This document shows positions 49,915 to 63,467 of a stretch of DNA of 64,000 nucleotides, piece by piece. The stretch spans positions 13,826,001-13,890,000 of the forward strand of contig NC_086097.1 of the NCBI RefSeq assembly GCF_963921235.1, in the 5' to 3' direction. A model generated the notes under the pieces. That model ran no database searches and was not told the origin of the DNA. It saw only the letters and a program-made list of their open reading frames with translations. The number at the start of each line of letters is the position of its first letter. Positions within the stretch are counted from its first letter, which is position 1. The DNA comes from Mobula hypostoma (lineage: Eukaryota). The translations under genes were made by a program, and so were the position numbers.

Positions 49915-51240
49915 ATCTTTCTGACGGTGTACCTGGTAGGGCTCTGAAAATCTGCACCAACCAACTGGCGGGAGCGATCAACGACATCTTCAGTCTCTCA
50001 GTGCTGCATGCAGAGGTTCCCGCCTGCTTCAAAAGGGTGACAGTCATACCAGCGCCAAGAAGAGCAGGGTGAGCTGCCTCAATGACTATCGTCCAGTGGC
50101 ATTCACATTTACTGCGATGAAATGCATTGAGAGCTTGATCACGGCTAGAATCAATTCCTGACTAAGCAGGGACCATGACCCGATGTAATTTGCCTATCAT
50201 CACGAGAGGTCTACAGCGGTTGCAATCTCACTGGCTCTCCAGTCGGCCTTGGATCTACATCAGCCTGATTGCAGCTCAGCATTCAACTCAATCATACCCT
50301 TAGTTCTAACCAACAAGCCCCAAAACCTGTGTCTCTGTACCTCCCTTGACTTCCTCACAAAGAGACCACAGTCTGTTCTGATTGGAAAAAATATCTCCTC
50401 CTCGCTGACAATCAACACTGATACATCCCAAGGATGTATGCTTAGCCCACTGCTCTACTCTCTCTACACCTATGAATGTCTAGCTAGGCACAGCTCAAAT
50501 TCCATCTATTTGCCGACAACATGGCTATTACAGGCAGAATCTCAGATGGAGATAAGGAGGTGTACAAGAGCAAGATGTATCAGCCAGAGGAATGGTAGCA
50601 CAACAACAGGCCTTGCACTCAATATCAGTAAGACCATGGAATGCATTGCAAACTTCAAGAAGGGAAGGTCATGGGAATGCACACTAGTCTTCATTGAGGG
50701 ATCAGCAGTGGAAGTAGCGAACAGTTTCAAATTCCTGGGTGTCAACATCTCTGAGGATCAACATAATGATTCAATTACAAAGAAGGCATGATGGTGGCTA
50801 TATTTCATTAGGAGTCTGAGGAGATTTAGTATGGCTCCAAAGACACTCACAAATTTCTACAGATGCGCCGTGGAGAGCATTCCAACTGGTTGCATCACCA
50901 CGAGGTATGGAGGGGCCACTGCACAGGACTGGAGAATGTTGCAGAAAGTTGTAAACACAGCCAGCTCCATCATGGCCACTAGCCTCGCCAGTATCGAGGA
51001 CATCTTCAAAAGGTGATGCCTCAAAAAGGTGAGATCCAAAAAGGACACGCAGCATCCAGTACATATCCAGTTCTCATTGCTACCAACAAGGAGGAGGTAC
51101 AGGAGCCTGAAAGACACACAGTCAAAGTTTCAGGAATATCTTCTTCCCCTTCGCCATCAGATTTCTGAATGGACAATGAACCCGTGAACACTACTTCACT
51201 ATTTCCTTTTTCTCTTTACTTATTTAATTTAATGTTTTTT
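49915..51240 (+). mobile_element. Degenerate Rex1/Babar-type LINE (RT region to 3'UTR)
   Basis: LNDYRPVA, DCSSAFNSI, QGCMLSPLLYSLYT, SFKFLGVNIS and KTLTNFYRCAVES fragments with frameshifts. Confidence 0.8.
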
Positions 51241-51249
51241 TAATATATT

Positions 51250-52348
51250 CAGTACTGAGCAAAAAAAATATATATATATATAGCTAGGATGCATAAGTCC
51301 TTTGCACAGTACTGTATTTATCAACTCTGGTGGGAATAAAGGATGGTGGGAATGGCAAGGGTAGAGTGTCGTGGGAGGGGTATGGAAGAGGTGGCAGAGA
51401 AGGAGTGCCAGAGCCCAGAGGTTGATGCAGCTGCCCTGAGACACCAGGCAAGGTCGGTTGATTCCAAACAATTGGTTTATTGATCATTTCAGAATGCCTC
51501 TCTGATGCTTCCTGCTCCCTCCCCTCTCCCTTTCTCTTTTCCCAACAATGATTCCTCTCTCCCTGCCCTGTTCCCACTCTCAGTCCACAATAGAGACCCA
51601 TATAGTCATAGTCATAGTCATACTTTATTGATCCTGGCGGAAATTGGTTTTCGTTACAGTTGCACCATAAATAATAAATAGTAATATAACCATAAATAGT
51701 TAAATAGTAATATGTAAATTATGCCAGGAAATAAGTCCAGGACCAGCCTATTGGCTCAGGGTGTCTGACCCTCCAGGGGAGGAGTTGTAAAATTTGATAG
51801 CCACAGGCAGGAATGACTTCCTATGACGCTCTGTGCTGCATCTCGGTGGAATGAGTCTCTGGCTGAATGTACTCCTGTGCCCACCCAGTACATTATGTAG
51901 TGGATGGGAGACATTGACCAAGATGGCATGCAACTTGGACAGCATCCTCTTTTCAGACACCACCGTGAGAGAGTCCAGTTCCATCCCCACAACATCACTG
52001 GCCTTACGAATGAGTTTGTTGATTCTGTTGGTGTCTGCTACCCTCAGCCTGCTGCCCCAGCACACAACAGCAAACATGATAGCACTGGCCACCACCAACT
52101 CGTAGAACATCCTCAGCATCGTCCGGCAGATGTTAAAGGACCTCAGTCTCCTCAGGAAATAGAGACGGCTCTGACCCTTCTTGTAGACAGCCTCAGTGTT
52201 CTTTGACCAGTCCAAAATCAGAATCAGGGTTACCATATACCACTCACATGTCATGAAATTCGTTTTTGGGGGGGAGCAACAGAACAGTGTAATACATAAA
52301 ATTACTATAATACTGTGCAAATGTCTTAGGGACATATATATAGCTAGG
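51250..52348 (-). mobile_element. Composite Tc1-like element, copy 5, interrupted by a Rex1/Babar fragment
   Basis: Terminus 51250-51314, body 51320-51600, LINE tail 52215-52305, partial terminus 52308-52348. Confidence 0.7.
51602..52214 (-). mobile_element. Young Rex1/Babar-type LINE 3' fragment
   Basis: LDWSKNTEAVYKKGQSRLYFLRRLRSFN...SFLPVAIKFYN in an open frame; (GACTAT)n tail. Confidence 0.85.
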
Positions 52349-53270
52349 AACCGTACTTGATATTGTAATTTATAGTTTTATTATTACGTATTGCACTGCA
52401 GTGATGTCGCAAAACAAATTTCACGAGATACACCAGTGATATTAAACCTGACCTTGATAATACAGACAACATATAACACTGGTGGCTTCACATCCTTATG
52501 ACAACTGTGTGCCCTGATGTACATTTGTGACCTTTAACTGCAGACACACAGCTGGGTGCTGTTGCTATGTTATCTCCCTTTAAGATCTTTTACCTTTCAC
52601 TTGGCACATATCTGATCATAACATCCTTTTGGTCACAGGTGTTCTGGTTTTAAATGCGAATATGAAAAAAAATTATAATCTTGTGGATAAGCATCGGAGG
52701 AAGAAAAGCTTACCGCCTCTCCTCCACCCCCAGTCCCCTTCACCCACGTGTGTTTAAGAATTGAGCACCAGGGGTAATGTCAATACCCGTGCATAAACTA
52801 GACCAGGGATTTCAGGATACCTCAGTTTGGTCAGATTCTGTAATAAAGAGAATAGGATTGATCAAAGTTCAAAGTAAATTTATTATCAAAGTATTCACCA
52901 TACACAACCCCGAGATTCATTTTCATTTTGTATACACTTTACATAGAGACATTTCTGGTGAATAACTTAGACAGCGATGTTAAGTAATGACTCCCTGAAG
53001 GTGACCCCCACCTACCTACCAATTGATACGGTTGTCATGGGTGATACACAGGAACTCTGTGGTGGTTAGTGAAGGCAAACTGCTACAAAATCAGTTTCGA
53101 GGGTTAACGAATCTAAGGAGATGAGTGTAATGTGGTATGTATAAGCAGTACAAACTACATTTATCCTGATGTTAACAACAGGAATTCTGCAGATGCTGGA
53201 AATTCAAGCAACACACATAAAAGTTGCTGGTGAACGCAGCAGGCCAGGCAGCATCTCTAGGAAGAGGTAC

Positions 53271-53306
53271 AGTCGATGTTTCAGGCCGAGACCCTTCGTC
53301 AGGACT
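53271..53306 (-). ncRNA. Minimal type I hammerhead ribozyme motif (CAUC variant)
   Basis: Minus strand: AGUC-CUGACGA-AGG(gucucgg)CCU-GAAA-CAUC-GACU. Confidence 0.6.
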
Positions 53307-54002
53307 AACTGAAGGGATTTGAAAGTGGGAGGGGGAGGGGGAGATCCAAAATGATAGGAGAAGGCAGGAGGGGGAGGGATGGAGCCAAGAGCTGGACAGG
53401 TGATAGGCAAAAGGGATAAGAGAGGATCATGGGACAGAAAGTCCAGGAAGAAAGACGGGGTGGGGGGGACCCAGAGGATGGGCAAGGGGTATATTCAGAG
53501 GGACAGAGCGAGAAAAAGGAGAGTGAGAGAAAGAATGTGTGTATAAAAATAAGTAACAGATGGGGTACGAGGAGGAGGTGGGGCATTAGCGGAAGTTAGA
53601 GAAGTCGATGTTCATGCCATCAGGTTGGAGGCTACCCAGACGGAATATAAGGTATTGTTCCTCCAACCTGAGTGTGGCTTCATCTTTACTGTAGAGGAGG
53701 CCGTGGATAGACATGTCAGAATGGGAATGGGATGTGGAATTAAAATGTGTGGCCACTGGGAGATCCTGCTTCCTCTGGTGGACAGAGCGTAGGTGTCCCT
53801 CTGAATATACCCCTTGCCCATCCTCTGAGTCCCCCCCCCCTTGTCTTCCCGGACCTCCTGTCCCATGATCCTTTCATATCTCTTTTGCCTATCACCTGTC
53901 CAGCTCTTGGCTCCATCCCTCCCCCTCCTGTCTTCTCCTATCATTTTGGATCTCCCCCTCCCCCTCCAACTTTCAAATCCCTTACTCACTCTTCCTTCAG
54001 TT

Positions 54003-54038
54003 AGTCCTGACGAAGGGTCTCGGCCTGAAACGTCGACT
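54003..54038 (+). ncRNA. Minimal type I hammerhead ribozyme motif
   Basis: AGUC-CUGACGA-AGG(gucucgg)CCU-GAAA-CGUC-GACU. Confidence 0.8.
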
Positions 54039-54565
54039 GCACCTCTTCCTAGAGATGCTGCCTGGCCTGCTGCGTTCACCAGCAACTTTTATGTGTGTTG
54101 TTTATCCTGATGTTACCCTCACTTCTGATTACTCTGCATCAAAGCCTACTTGGGAATAGTGGAATGCATTCTCTTCTGAAAAATCTGATTCAAATCCAGA
54201 GTAATAAATTACTTTTATATAGAGTGGCTAACATAGTAAACAAGAACCTGTACATTGTCAGCACAGTTTTTCATGGGATGTCACTGGTGCTCAATACAGT
54301 GGTGTAGCAGTTGGCACAACACTATTTCAGCTTGGGGCGTCGGAGTTTAGAGTTCAATCCTGCAAGGAATTTATACGTCCACCCCATGGAATGTGTGGGT
54401 TTCCTCTGGATGTTCTGGTTTCTTCCCAGAGTCCAAGTACATACCAGTTAGTAGGTTAAATTGTCATGGAAATTGTCCTGTGATTAGGCTAGAGTTAAAT
54501 CAGGGATTGCTGGGTGAAGTGGCTCGGACGGCCTGAAGGTCCTATTCAGCACTGTATCACTAAAT

Positions 54566-55110
54566 AAGACCATAAGACCAAGAGGTATAGGAGAAGAATT
54601 AGGCCCTTTGGCCCATTGAGTCTGCTCCACCATTTCATCATGGCTGATCCATTTTCCCTCTCAGTCCTAATCTCCCCATATCCCTTCATACTCTGACTAA
54701 TCAAAAACGTATTAACTTCTGACTGAAATATACCGAATAAATTGGCCTCCATGACCACTGATGGCAATCAATTCCACAGATTCACCACTCTCTGACTAAA
54801 GAAATTCCTCCTGATCTCCATTCTAAAAGGACGTCTCTCTACTTTGAGGCTGTGTCCTCTGGTCTTAGACTCTCACTCTATAGGAAACATCCTCTCTACA
54901 TCCACTCTATCAAGGCCTTTCGCCATACAATAGGTTTCAACTAGGTCACCCCAAATTCTTCTGAATTCCAGTGAGTAGAGGCCCAGGGCCATCAAACACT
55001 CCTCATATGACAAGCCTTTCAATCCCATTGTCGTGAGTTTCCTTTGAACCCTCTCCAATGTCACCACATCCTTTCTTAAAGAGGGGCCCAAAAACTGCTC
55101 ACAATATTCC
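54566..55110 (-). mobile_element. CR1 LINE 3' fragment (older family)
   Basis: LEYCEQF...LERVQRK...LSYEECLMALGLYSLEFRR on the minus strand. Confidence 0.8.
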
Positions 55111-58100
55111 AATAAGTAAATAAATAATATCATTTAATATCTTTATAATATTTAATTAGGCATTTTGTGCACCTGAGTTAGTTTTGACTTTAAAATCTAT
55201 ACATGTTTGCACTTTGGAAGAACTTAGCAGTCAATAGAAAGAACAGATTCCTTCAGAGAATTTCATCTGAGGATTTAAAAATATTGTTCTCAATTATGAG
55301 GAAAATCTGCAGATGTCTACTTCTTCTCTTGTATCTTATGGTCTTACTTAGAGAAACAGCATGGAATAGGCCCACCTAGCCCTTTGAGCCAGGTCACCTA
55401 GCAATCCTTGATTTAATGCTAACCTAACCACAGGATAATTTAGACTTCTGATCGGTCCGTCTTTGGACTGTGGGAGGAAACTAGAGCATCCGGAGGAAAC
55501 CCATATATTCCACAGGGAGAATGTACAAGCTCCTTACGGAGGACTCTAGGATTGAAGTCTGAACTCCAACGCACCAAGCCGTAATCGTGTCATGCTAATA
55601 ATTGGTGGTTTATCAGAATCAAAATCAGGTTTATTATCACTGACATATGTTGTTTTGCCTGAGCAGTACAGTGCATTACAGGGATAATGAGAGAACAGGA
55701 TTCATTTACAGTTTAATTCCAGAACTTCCCAGTCGTCTTTGGAACTATCAGTGAGTCCACATTATGTGTCTTTGCAAAATGATGAAAGCAAATGAGTGAT
55801 ATTTATCATGTGATTGGCAGGAGAACCTTTACAGGGTCAGCTTCCTTTTGTTCTCTGCGAGATGTGGAGTTATTCAGCAGCTTGTATATATTACAGAAAG
55901 TAATTGACTTGCGTTAGTATTATCAACCTTGCTTCTGTTAGTCTGTGAAACTGCACTGCATTTCAGTCTCCAATCTCAGCACAAGTTGATATAAGTCCAT
56001 TATAATCTTATTATCTGAGCCACTACCAGTAATAAAAAGGAGCGTTGTAACTAGAGATTCCTAATAAACATCTGTTCATGCCAGAAGCATAAAAGAATGA
56101 GGGACACTGGGACAGATAAACAAAAGAGGATCTGGGACTGGTGTTCTGAATATGTGATTTTTTTTTAACTCCTTCTGCCCTCCAGCAACATGCTTCACTG
56201 ATTTTCCTGGTTTCAGGTCTATGTTGTGTGAACTGCAGTGTAGTTTTGTTTTATTTTATGGCTAATACTGAACTAATAGCACACCCCTTCATGTTAATAA
56301 CTAGTACTATCTCCAGTGCTTTCAAATGAACACTGAAGTGTAATTGTCTATGAAGCAAAATCAAATCACTGTCATTCTTTGAATGATAAGTGACTATTAA
56401 ATGCATGAGACGATGGCACAGAGTCACAGCCCTCTCCAATGCTCTCGTAATTAGTGCATTATAAATATCTATATACAAGTATTCTATGAGAGAGAGGAGT
56501 GAAGAGCCAAACATTAACCCTGTATTTAATACGATAACAATGGTGACTTGTACTTGAAATGCATCTCACACATAAACAGTTGCTTGAGAGTGCTCTATCC
56601 AGGGAGGGCTGCACCCCGTCGGGGGTTGCCAATGCAGTTGTAGGGCTGAGGGGACTAATAGAAATACATATAATGGGAAGGAATGGAAAAGAATTAAGGA
56701 TATGTCAGGTACAATTCTTAATGGTTGGCTCCCAAGTCAGATTTAATTCCATGTAACTGTAGGCATACTATCATTTTTCTTCGAGCACAGGAAACGTTTG
56801 GGTTTTAAGAGTAGAATCGCTTTATCCAAGTTACAAGCATTTCAGGATCAGAATCAGTTTAATATCATTGGCATATGTTGTAAAATTTGTTGACTTTTCA
56901 GTGGCAGTACAATGCGATAAATAATAATAGAGAGAAAACCTGTGAATTACAGTCAGTATATATGTAGTTACTCGCAGAGGGGAAGAAGCTGTTCCTGAAT
57001 CATTGAGTGTGTGTCTTCTGGCTTCTGCACCTCCTTCCTGATGGTAGCGATGAGAACAAGGCATGACCTGGGTGATGGGGGTCCCTAATGATGCTCTTTG
57101 AAGCATCGCTCCTTGAGGATGTCCTGGATACTACAGAGATTAATGCTCATGATGGAGCTGATTACGTTTATAACTCTCTGCAGCTTATAATTTCAAGTAA
57201 ACTTCACATGTAATCTATAGGATAAACCTATGTTAAAATGTGAGTGGGCCTTCATACTTTCACACATTCAAATGCATCAGTTACTTAGTTTCTTACCCTT
57301 TACTGGGACTCCCCAGAATCGACACATAAAGTGATATCGGCCTTGGGGTTGTAATATTACACTACACTTGACATAGAAGAGGTCTGCCTGTTGGTGGAGG
57401 GGAGAAGGAGTGAAATCAGGCATTGCCAGAAATTCAGAACAGGTGAAATCAAATCATTTCAGGAAAGCATTATAGGACTGTTAAAATAAAAGCTTCACAC
57501 CACCTTAAAGGTTTCTTTTCCCAGGCTGTTAATCTGATCAACCATTCTAGTTAGCCCCCTCCTCCCTCTATCTGTTACCCCTATCACTGCATTGCAGCTT
57601 AAACACTTTAAACCACTTTTTATAATGACATTACTTTGTAAATACATATTGGTATTTATGTAGTTATGAACATTTTATTCTGTATCTGTAACCTCTAACC
57701 TTATTTGTTATATAAATCTTTATAACTGTTCAATGTTGTTGGTTTTTGTTGTATGTCACACCAACACATTGCAGCAAATTCCTCATACATGTAAATGTAT
57801 ATGGCGAATAAAGTTCTTTTCATTGATACCATTGTGTTTATTTGTACTTACTGTGAATGCCCACAAGAAAATGGATCTCAGGGCAGTATACAGTGATATT
57901 TATGTACTTTGAACATAAATTTACTTCGAACTTTGAATTTGATCTTTGATGCTCGATTCTTTACCTATTATTCAAGTCAGGCATTATCAATTCCCAGATG
58001 TGTTGCTGTGAGCTGCAAATGGGATTATACCTGCCCATTTCCAGTTTCTCCCATCTCCATCTCCTATATGTTTTGCACCTGTCCTAAGTGGACTTTCTTA

Positions 58101-58819
58101 CAATCTTTCAACAGTCGGGCTGTTTCCATTTTAGCAAGGGGGCAGGATAGGAGGAACAAAATACTCAGCAGTTTTCTTCCTTCAGTCCATTATTAAAGAC
58201 CTCCATCACCCAGGACATGCCTTCATCTGATTACTACCATCAGGGAGGAGGTACAGAAGCCTGAAGTGACACACTCAAGTGATTCAGGAACAATTCTTCC
58301 CCTTTGCTATCTAATTCCTAAAAAAAATTGGACCCGTATTAAATACATATTTATATGTACTTACTGTAATTTATTTACTTATTTATTCCTTTCTCCATTA
58401 TTATGTATTGCACTGTACTGCCGCCACTAAGTTAACACATTTCAGACATATGCTGGTGATATTAAACCTGATTCTGATTTTATGGAGCAAGAGCTGAGAT
58501 TCACCTCATCAAATTCATTCAATCGACCATGGCTTGATATGTAAAAAAATTACAACATATCAAACAAACCAATAGCCCACATGAAGCAGAATACTTTCTA
58601 CCTAAACGTTTGCTTTTTACCTGTCAGGAAGCAACCAGCAGTTCATTTCACACACCCATTTGTTTCAGTCTTTACTGAGACTCTTCATTCACGAATTAAG
58701 GAGAGGGTCTAAGCCAGTGGAGCCTCACTAGATACATGAGACTGTGGCCTTTCTAAGGTGTAAGCTTGTCAGTTATTGGAATGTGATAACAAATTAGTTT
58801 TACTAATGGTTTCAGGGAA

Positions 58820-59110
58820 AAGCTTCAATACAGTACTGTGAGTGTTTCGGTGTTAGAAACAAGAAGCCAAACGGTCCTGTCTGCCCTCTCAACTGGAAGC
58901 AAAACTTTCCATCACACTGTTTCAAAGAAGATCAGGGGATTTTATCCCTGAAGAAACAGATTATTTGGTTGCTTCAGGGAGTTCACCATTTGCAAATTGG
59001 CTGCCTCATTTCCTCCAACGATTACTGCTGTTCAGAACTATATCAATGGCTGCAAATTATTTTGAAAAACTCTTGAGATCATAAAATATTTTGTATCGGT
59101 TCACATACTT
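58820..59110 (+). mobile_element. Ancient Deu-domain SINE remnant (SacSINE1/AmnSINE1-like)
   Basis: ctgtctgccctctca...tttcaaagaagatcagggg...aaacagattat...caaattggctgcc resembles the Deu domain (from recall); weaker remnants at about 36300-36560(-) and 46880-47040(+). Confidence 0.55.
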
Positions 59111-60460
59111 TCTGCCTCATCCCTAGCACTCTGAATCCTGCATGGTTTTAGATGATTGCATCACTGAGCATCTCTCTCTGAGCTGCAATATTTAACCACG
59201 GCACATTGTATTAACAACCTATCTCAAGATATATTTCTGTCAATAAATATTGATGTAAAGCATCAGTGTGCATGGAAAAGACTAAATATTCTACTCTACA
59301 CATTGTCTATTATTAGCAACATTTGCACTTGACATGGATTTTATGTATTTTAAATAACATCCTACCAATAAACAAGATAAGTAACACTTGCTAACACCAA
59401 ACATTTCAAATTTTAAGTGCGACTTCTCTCCACAATGAAATTGATCTGCATTAGTTGAAGAGGAGCAGGAAAAAAAAAGGGGAAAACTATTAGTAATATG
59501 ACAGAGACTTGACGAGCTGAAACAATTCCAAATATTCCATGATTGAGAAAGAGCAGCATTGTTATTTTTGTTTGAAAGAGAGAACAGCCAGAAGGACAAG
59601 TATATGTACTGAAAATAAAAGCTTTCACAATTGATGTGGATAGTGTTAGAAGTGTCAAGCCTGTTTCCACTGACAATTCCCAGCCTGCACATGCAGACAT
59701 TTCCCAGTCTCCGCCCTGCTAATAGGATTCACCTGCCACTCATTCTGGACTCATCACCTGCAGCCCATTTAACCCAAGTGCTCGTCCACAGTCCCGGTTC
59801 ACTCATTGAACCAGCCAGCCTCAACCAGTTGCTTTTAAGGTTCAAAGGTTCGTTTTATTATCAAAATATGTACGCAGAATACAACTCTGAGATTCGTCTT
59901 CTCCAGATAGTCATGAAATACAGAAAAACCATGGAAGTTGTTCAAAAGAAAAGACATCAATCCCCCCCCACGTGAAAAAAAAAGAAACAAAACCTGCAAA
60001 CCCCATAAACCTTTCCCTTAGCTCTCCCCTTAGCAAACCCCTTAGCTTTTACTTTCCCAATCTAAAGTTTATTTAGTTGCCTGTTGTGTTTAGTTTCTGT
60101 TTTCTCGTGTTTTGCAGCCCGTTGTGGCTTGTTATTTACTTATTTGTTTATTTATGTATTGAAATCCAGTGCAGAGTAAGCTATTCCAATGCTTCAAGCC
60201 ATACTGATCAGCAACCCCCGATTTAACCCTAGCCTAATCATGGGACAATTTACGACTAACCAAGTAACCAACTAACCAATACGTCTTTGGACTGTGGGAG
60301 GAAACTGGAGCACCTGGAGGAAACCCATGTGATCATGGGGAGAACGTGCATATTCTTTACTGACTGTGGTGGGAAATGAACCCAGGTCATTGGTAACAAA
60401 AAGTGTCATGCTGACCACTGCACTACCATGCTCCCATTTTGCAGTCTATTCATAAAGTTA

Positions 60461-60672
60461 CTGCTGGCCGGTGATGTAGTGGCATCAGCATCGGACTTTG
60501 AGGCATGTGATCCTGAGTTCAAATCCGGCTGGCTCTTTGCACGCTTTCCATCCGTGCTGGGTTGAGCATCGAGCTAGCAACTCCGCCTCATAAAAAAACA
60601 GTCAAGTGCTACGGAAACAGCAAGAAATGCCACCCGATGCGTCATAAGGTGTGAAAAGGAACAACAACAACA
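60461..60672 (+). mobile_element. tRNA-derived SINE with (AAC)n tail, nested in the 5' LTR
   Basis: Head and body match 10613-10745; the 3' part differs. Confidence 0.75.
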
Positions 60673-61125
60673 ATTAAAATTACTGTTCACCACTGAATCA
60701 TCTCCACCGCTCTGTGCCTGAACCGAGCTTCCTCTTCATTTCCCCACAGAATGAGTGAACCAACGATTGACCTAGTAGAGTATGCTCACCTTGAGGAAGT
60801 CATCCGCTGTCACGAGCACATGTTCCAGAAGCAGCAGGAAACAATTGTGCACCAGTCAACCTCCTCCCTCTGAGCCCTGGATTTCCAGCCCAATGCCACA
60901 GCATCCTGGCCCGCTGTGTCTTACACTTCGAGCTCCAGCCATCTCGGTATTCGAAGCATGAGCCAAGATCACCCTCCTCATCACTCTCTTCACTGGGCGA
61001 GCTCTGACCTAGGCCACAACTAACTGAGCCAAAAAGTCACTGTTTGCAGCAAATATGAGGATTTCTGAGGTGCGTTGGGTTTTTGACCATCTGGGAAGCG
61101 GAAGGGAGGCAGTGGATTTGATGCT

Positions 61126-61680
61126 TTGCCTGCACCAACCTCATGCTCTGTGCTGGATTACACCATGGAATTCAAGACCCTTGCGGTGGAATGCCTCTGG
61201 AATGCAGAAGCACTGCTGACCCATTATCATCACAGCCTCTCAGAGTGCTTGAAAGATGAGCTAACTACCTGGGAGATGCCCAGTGACCTCGAAAGCATCA
61301 TCACTCTGGCTGCCCATGTTAGTAAGTGTGTTATAGAATGACGCACCCCCCCCCAATCCCACCCCACCCCCTAGATCATTACCAACACCTCCAGAACCCA
61401 GGTGGTTAAGGAAAGGTTCCTTAACCCCACCCAAGCACTGGGGGAGAAACAACTTCTGTGCCTACTGTGGAGCAATCGACCACTAACACATTGAATGCCC
61501 ACAGCATCCAGGAAAACGACACTTCCAGATAAAGGCAAGAGGCTATTTATCTGGCAATCTCTCCCCAACCACTAATTCCAGCACCATAGCCTGTCTCACT
61601 TCTCTATTCTCCACCACACTCTGACAGCTTTACAAATACAAGAGGCTCTGGTGGATTCCGAAGCTGAAGACAATTTTCTG
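61126..61680 (+). pseudogene. gag and protease remnants
   Basis: SVLDYTMEFKTLAVECLWNAEALL...LSECLKDEL; CAYCGAIDH*HIEC; ALVDSEAEDNF (DSG motif mutated). Confidence 0.8.
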
Positions 61681-62129
61681 AATTGGACTTTGTGTGTGCA
61701 GGTTGTATTCCCTACCAACTCTGTCTCACACCTCTTCAACATCATGGTCATTGTCGAACATCCCTTGGGATCTGGGACAGGTAGAGCACATGGTCTGTGC
61801 ATGTGATCGTTTGAGAGCAAGCCCATCCAATTCCTCTTGATCGACTCACCCGACACTCCTCTCACCCTGGGTTACTCCTCGCTCTCTACTCACGACGCTA
61901 ACTTCACCTGGTCATCCACTGCTCAGCCAAGTTGAGGACCTGCTTGTTGAACGAGCTGCTGCCACCTCAGTTCACTTCACCCCCATAAATCTGTGGAGCT
62001 GGAAGAAAATCTTCACCTCACTAAATTTCAACCTTCCACATGTCCTGCTTCAAGCCCATTGCCTATGGACCCCTCAACCCAACCGAGCCTATACCTCCGG
62101 AACCTGAGGATGGTGGAAGATGGTCCAGT

Positions 62130-62275
62130 GGACACAGCTCACTGGTTGTTGGATTCATGTTGCCGTGAATGAGGTATGCAGTACCTGATCAACTGAGAAG
62201 GGTACAGCTCAGAGGAGAGATCTTGGGTGCCGTCCAGTTACATCTTACATCCATCACTCATCAGTGAGTTTTACT
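62130..62275 (+). pseudogene. Integrase-associated chromodomain remnant
   Basis: [40 protein letters not shown]. Confidence 0.8.
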
Positions 62276-63467
62276 GAATTGATCTGGATTGTCCTGGGCT
62301 GTTGGGTGTTGACCATGGGGAAAGGGAGGGTGATGGTCCTGTCAGGTCTTCTCCCAATCTCCACCCAGCTAATAGGAGTCACCTGCCACTCATTCCAGAC
62401 CCATCACCAGCAGCCAGTTGTCATCCACGCCCCTTGTTCACTCATCAAATCAGCCAGCCTCAAACTATTGTTTCTAACCTTCACTCTCCCAGTTTAAAAT
62501 TCACCTTGTTGCCTGTTGTATCTGTGGCCCCTCATGGTTTATCATTTTAGTCTATTATTAATTTATCATTTGCCACTGAATGGTCTCCACTGCTCTGCTT
62601 TTGGATTAAGCCCCATCTACATTTCCTGACCAGGAGAATCCAAGTGTCCAAGAAGGGGCTGATTAGTGGATCAGTAGAAGGAGCAAGATAGCTGGGGGTG
62701 GTGACGGGAGGTGGGATTTGAAACCAGTGGCAAAGTTAGGAAAGTGACCAAGAAGGATGATCATGGTTCATTAGAAATTGTGAATGGAAACAGAAGTGTT
62801 TCTCCAGAGAAATTTCAGGAACAACAAAGGAAGGCATGGCAGAGGCCAGGGACGAGAGGGAACAAACAAGTGTGACTGGAGGAAGCACAACCGGACCAGA
62901 AATGCAGAATTAAATATTGGATCAGCTGAAAATGATATGAATGGAATAATTCTTATAAAAATATAAAATCTGACCAAAGGAGGAATCCTGTGCAAACCAA
63001 ACTTCTAGAAAGCCCTGCACCATTATGTCAACAAGTATGGAAAAATCTGAATCTAAGTACTGTAGGGGGTACCAAATAAAATCGATATAAAAGCATCATG
63101 CATGAGAATTAATGGAAGTCAGCTTGACTAATCATCACATGACATTCCCAATTATAGCAAAACATGACACAGTATGATGGCTGGAGTTTTGTTCTGTCAC
63201 AAGAATTATAAAATGTTACACATATTATACAATACATTTTTACCTAGAAATTCACTGCCGATATCTGTGTCTTGTTCTCTGCCTCAGTAAGTCATTCATT
63301 AGTCAGTGGTCTGAATTTCAAAGACAGAGTACAATGTGCTAACATTACTGGTTATAATACCTTGTGCTATTATGTGGGGTTATGCTTCCAGGTACTGTAT
63401 GTGCATCTCTGTGCAATTCTAGACAACATTTTAATTATAATTTTCAGTGTATCCTTGTTTATAACAG

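Larger units (their letters stand above)
53175..54100. mobile_element. Inverted Penelope-like insertion
   Basis: Tailed minus arm 53175-53793 (includes the endonuclease C-terminus) and plus arm 53794-54100; TSD tttatcctgatgtta at 53160-53174 and 54101-54115. Confidence 0.9.
59653..62631 (+). mobile_element. Degenerate, internally deleted Gypsy chromovirus (sushi-like) LTR retrotransposon
   Basis: 5' LTR 59653-60748 (with three nested insertions) resembles 3' LTR 62340-62631; purine tract at about 62317-62333; TSD agaag/aggag; gag, CCHC, protease and chromodomain remnants. Confidence 0.85.

Noticed and set aside
59291..59700. 133-aa and 95-aa minus-strand ORFs
   Set aside because: They start inside an LTR, have AT-rich composition and show no recognisable domain.
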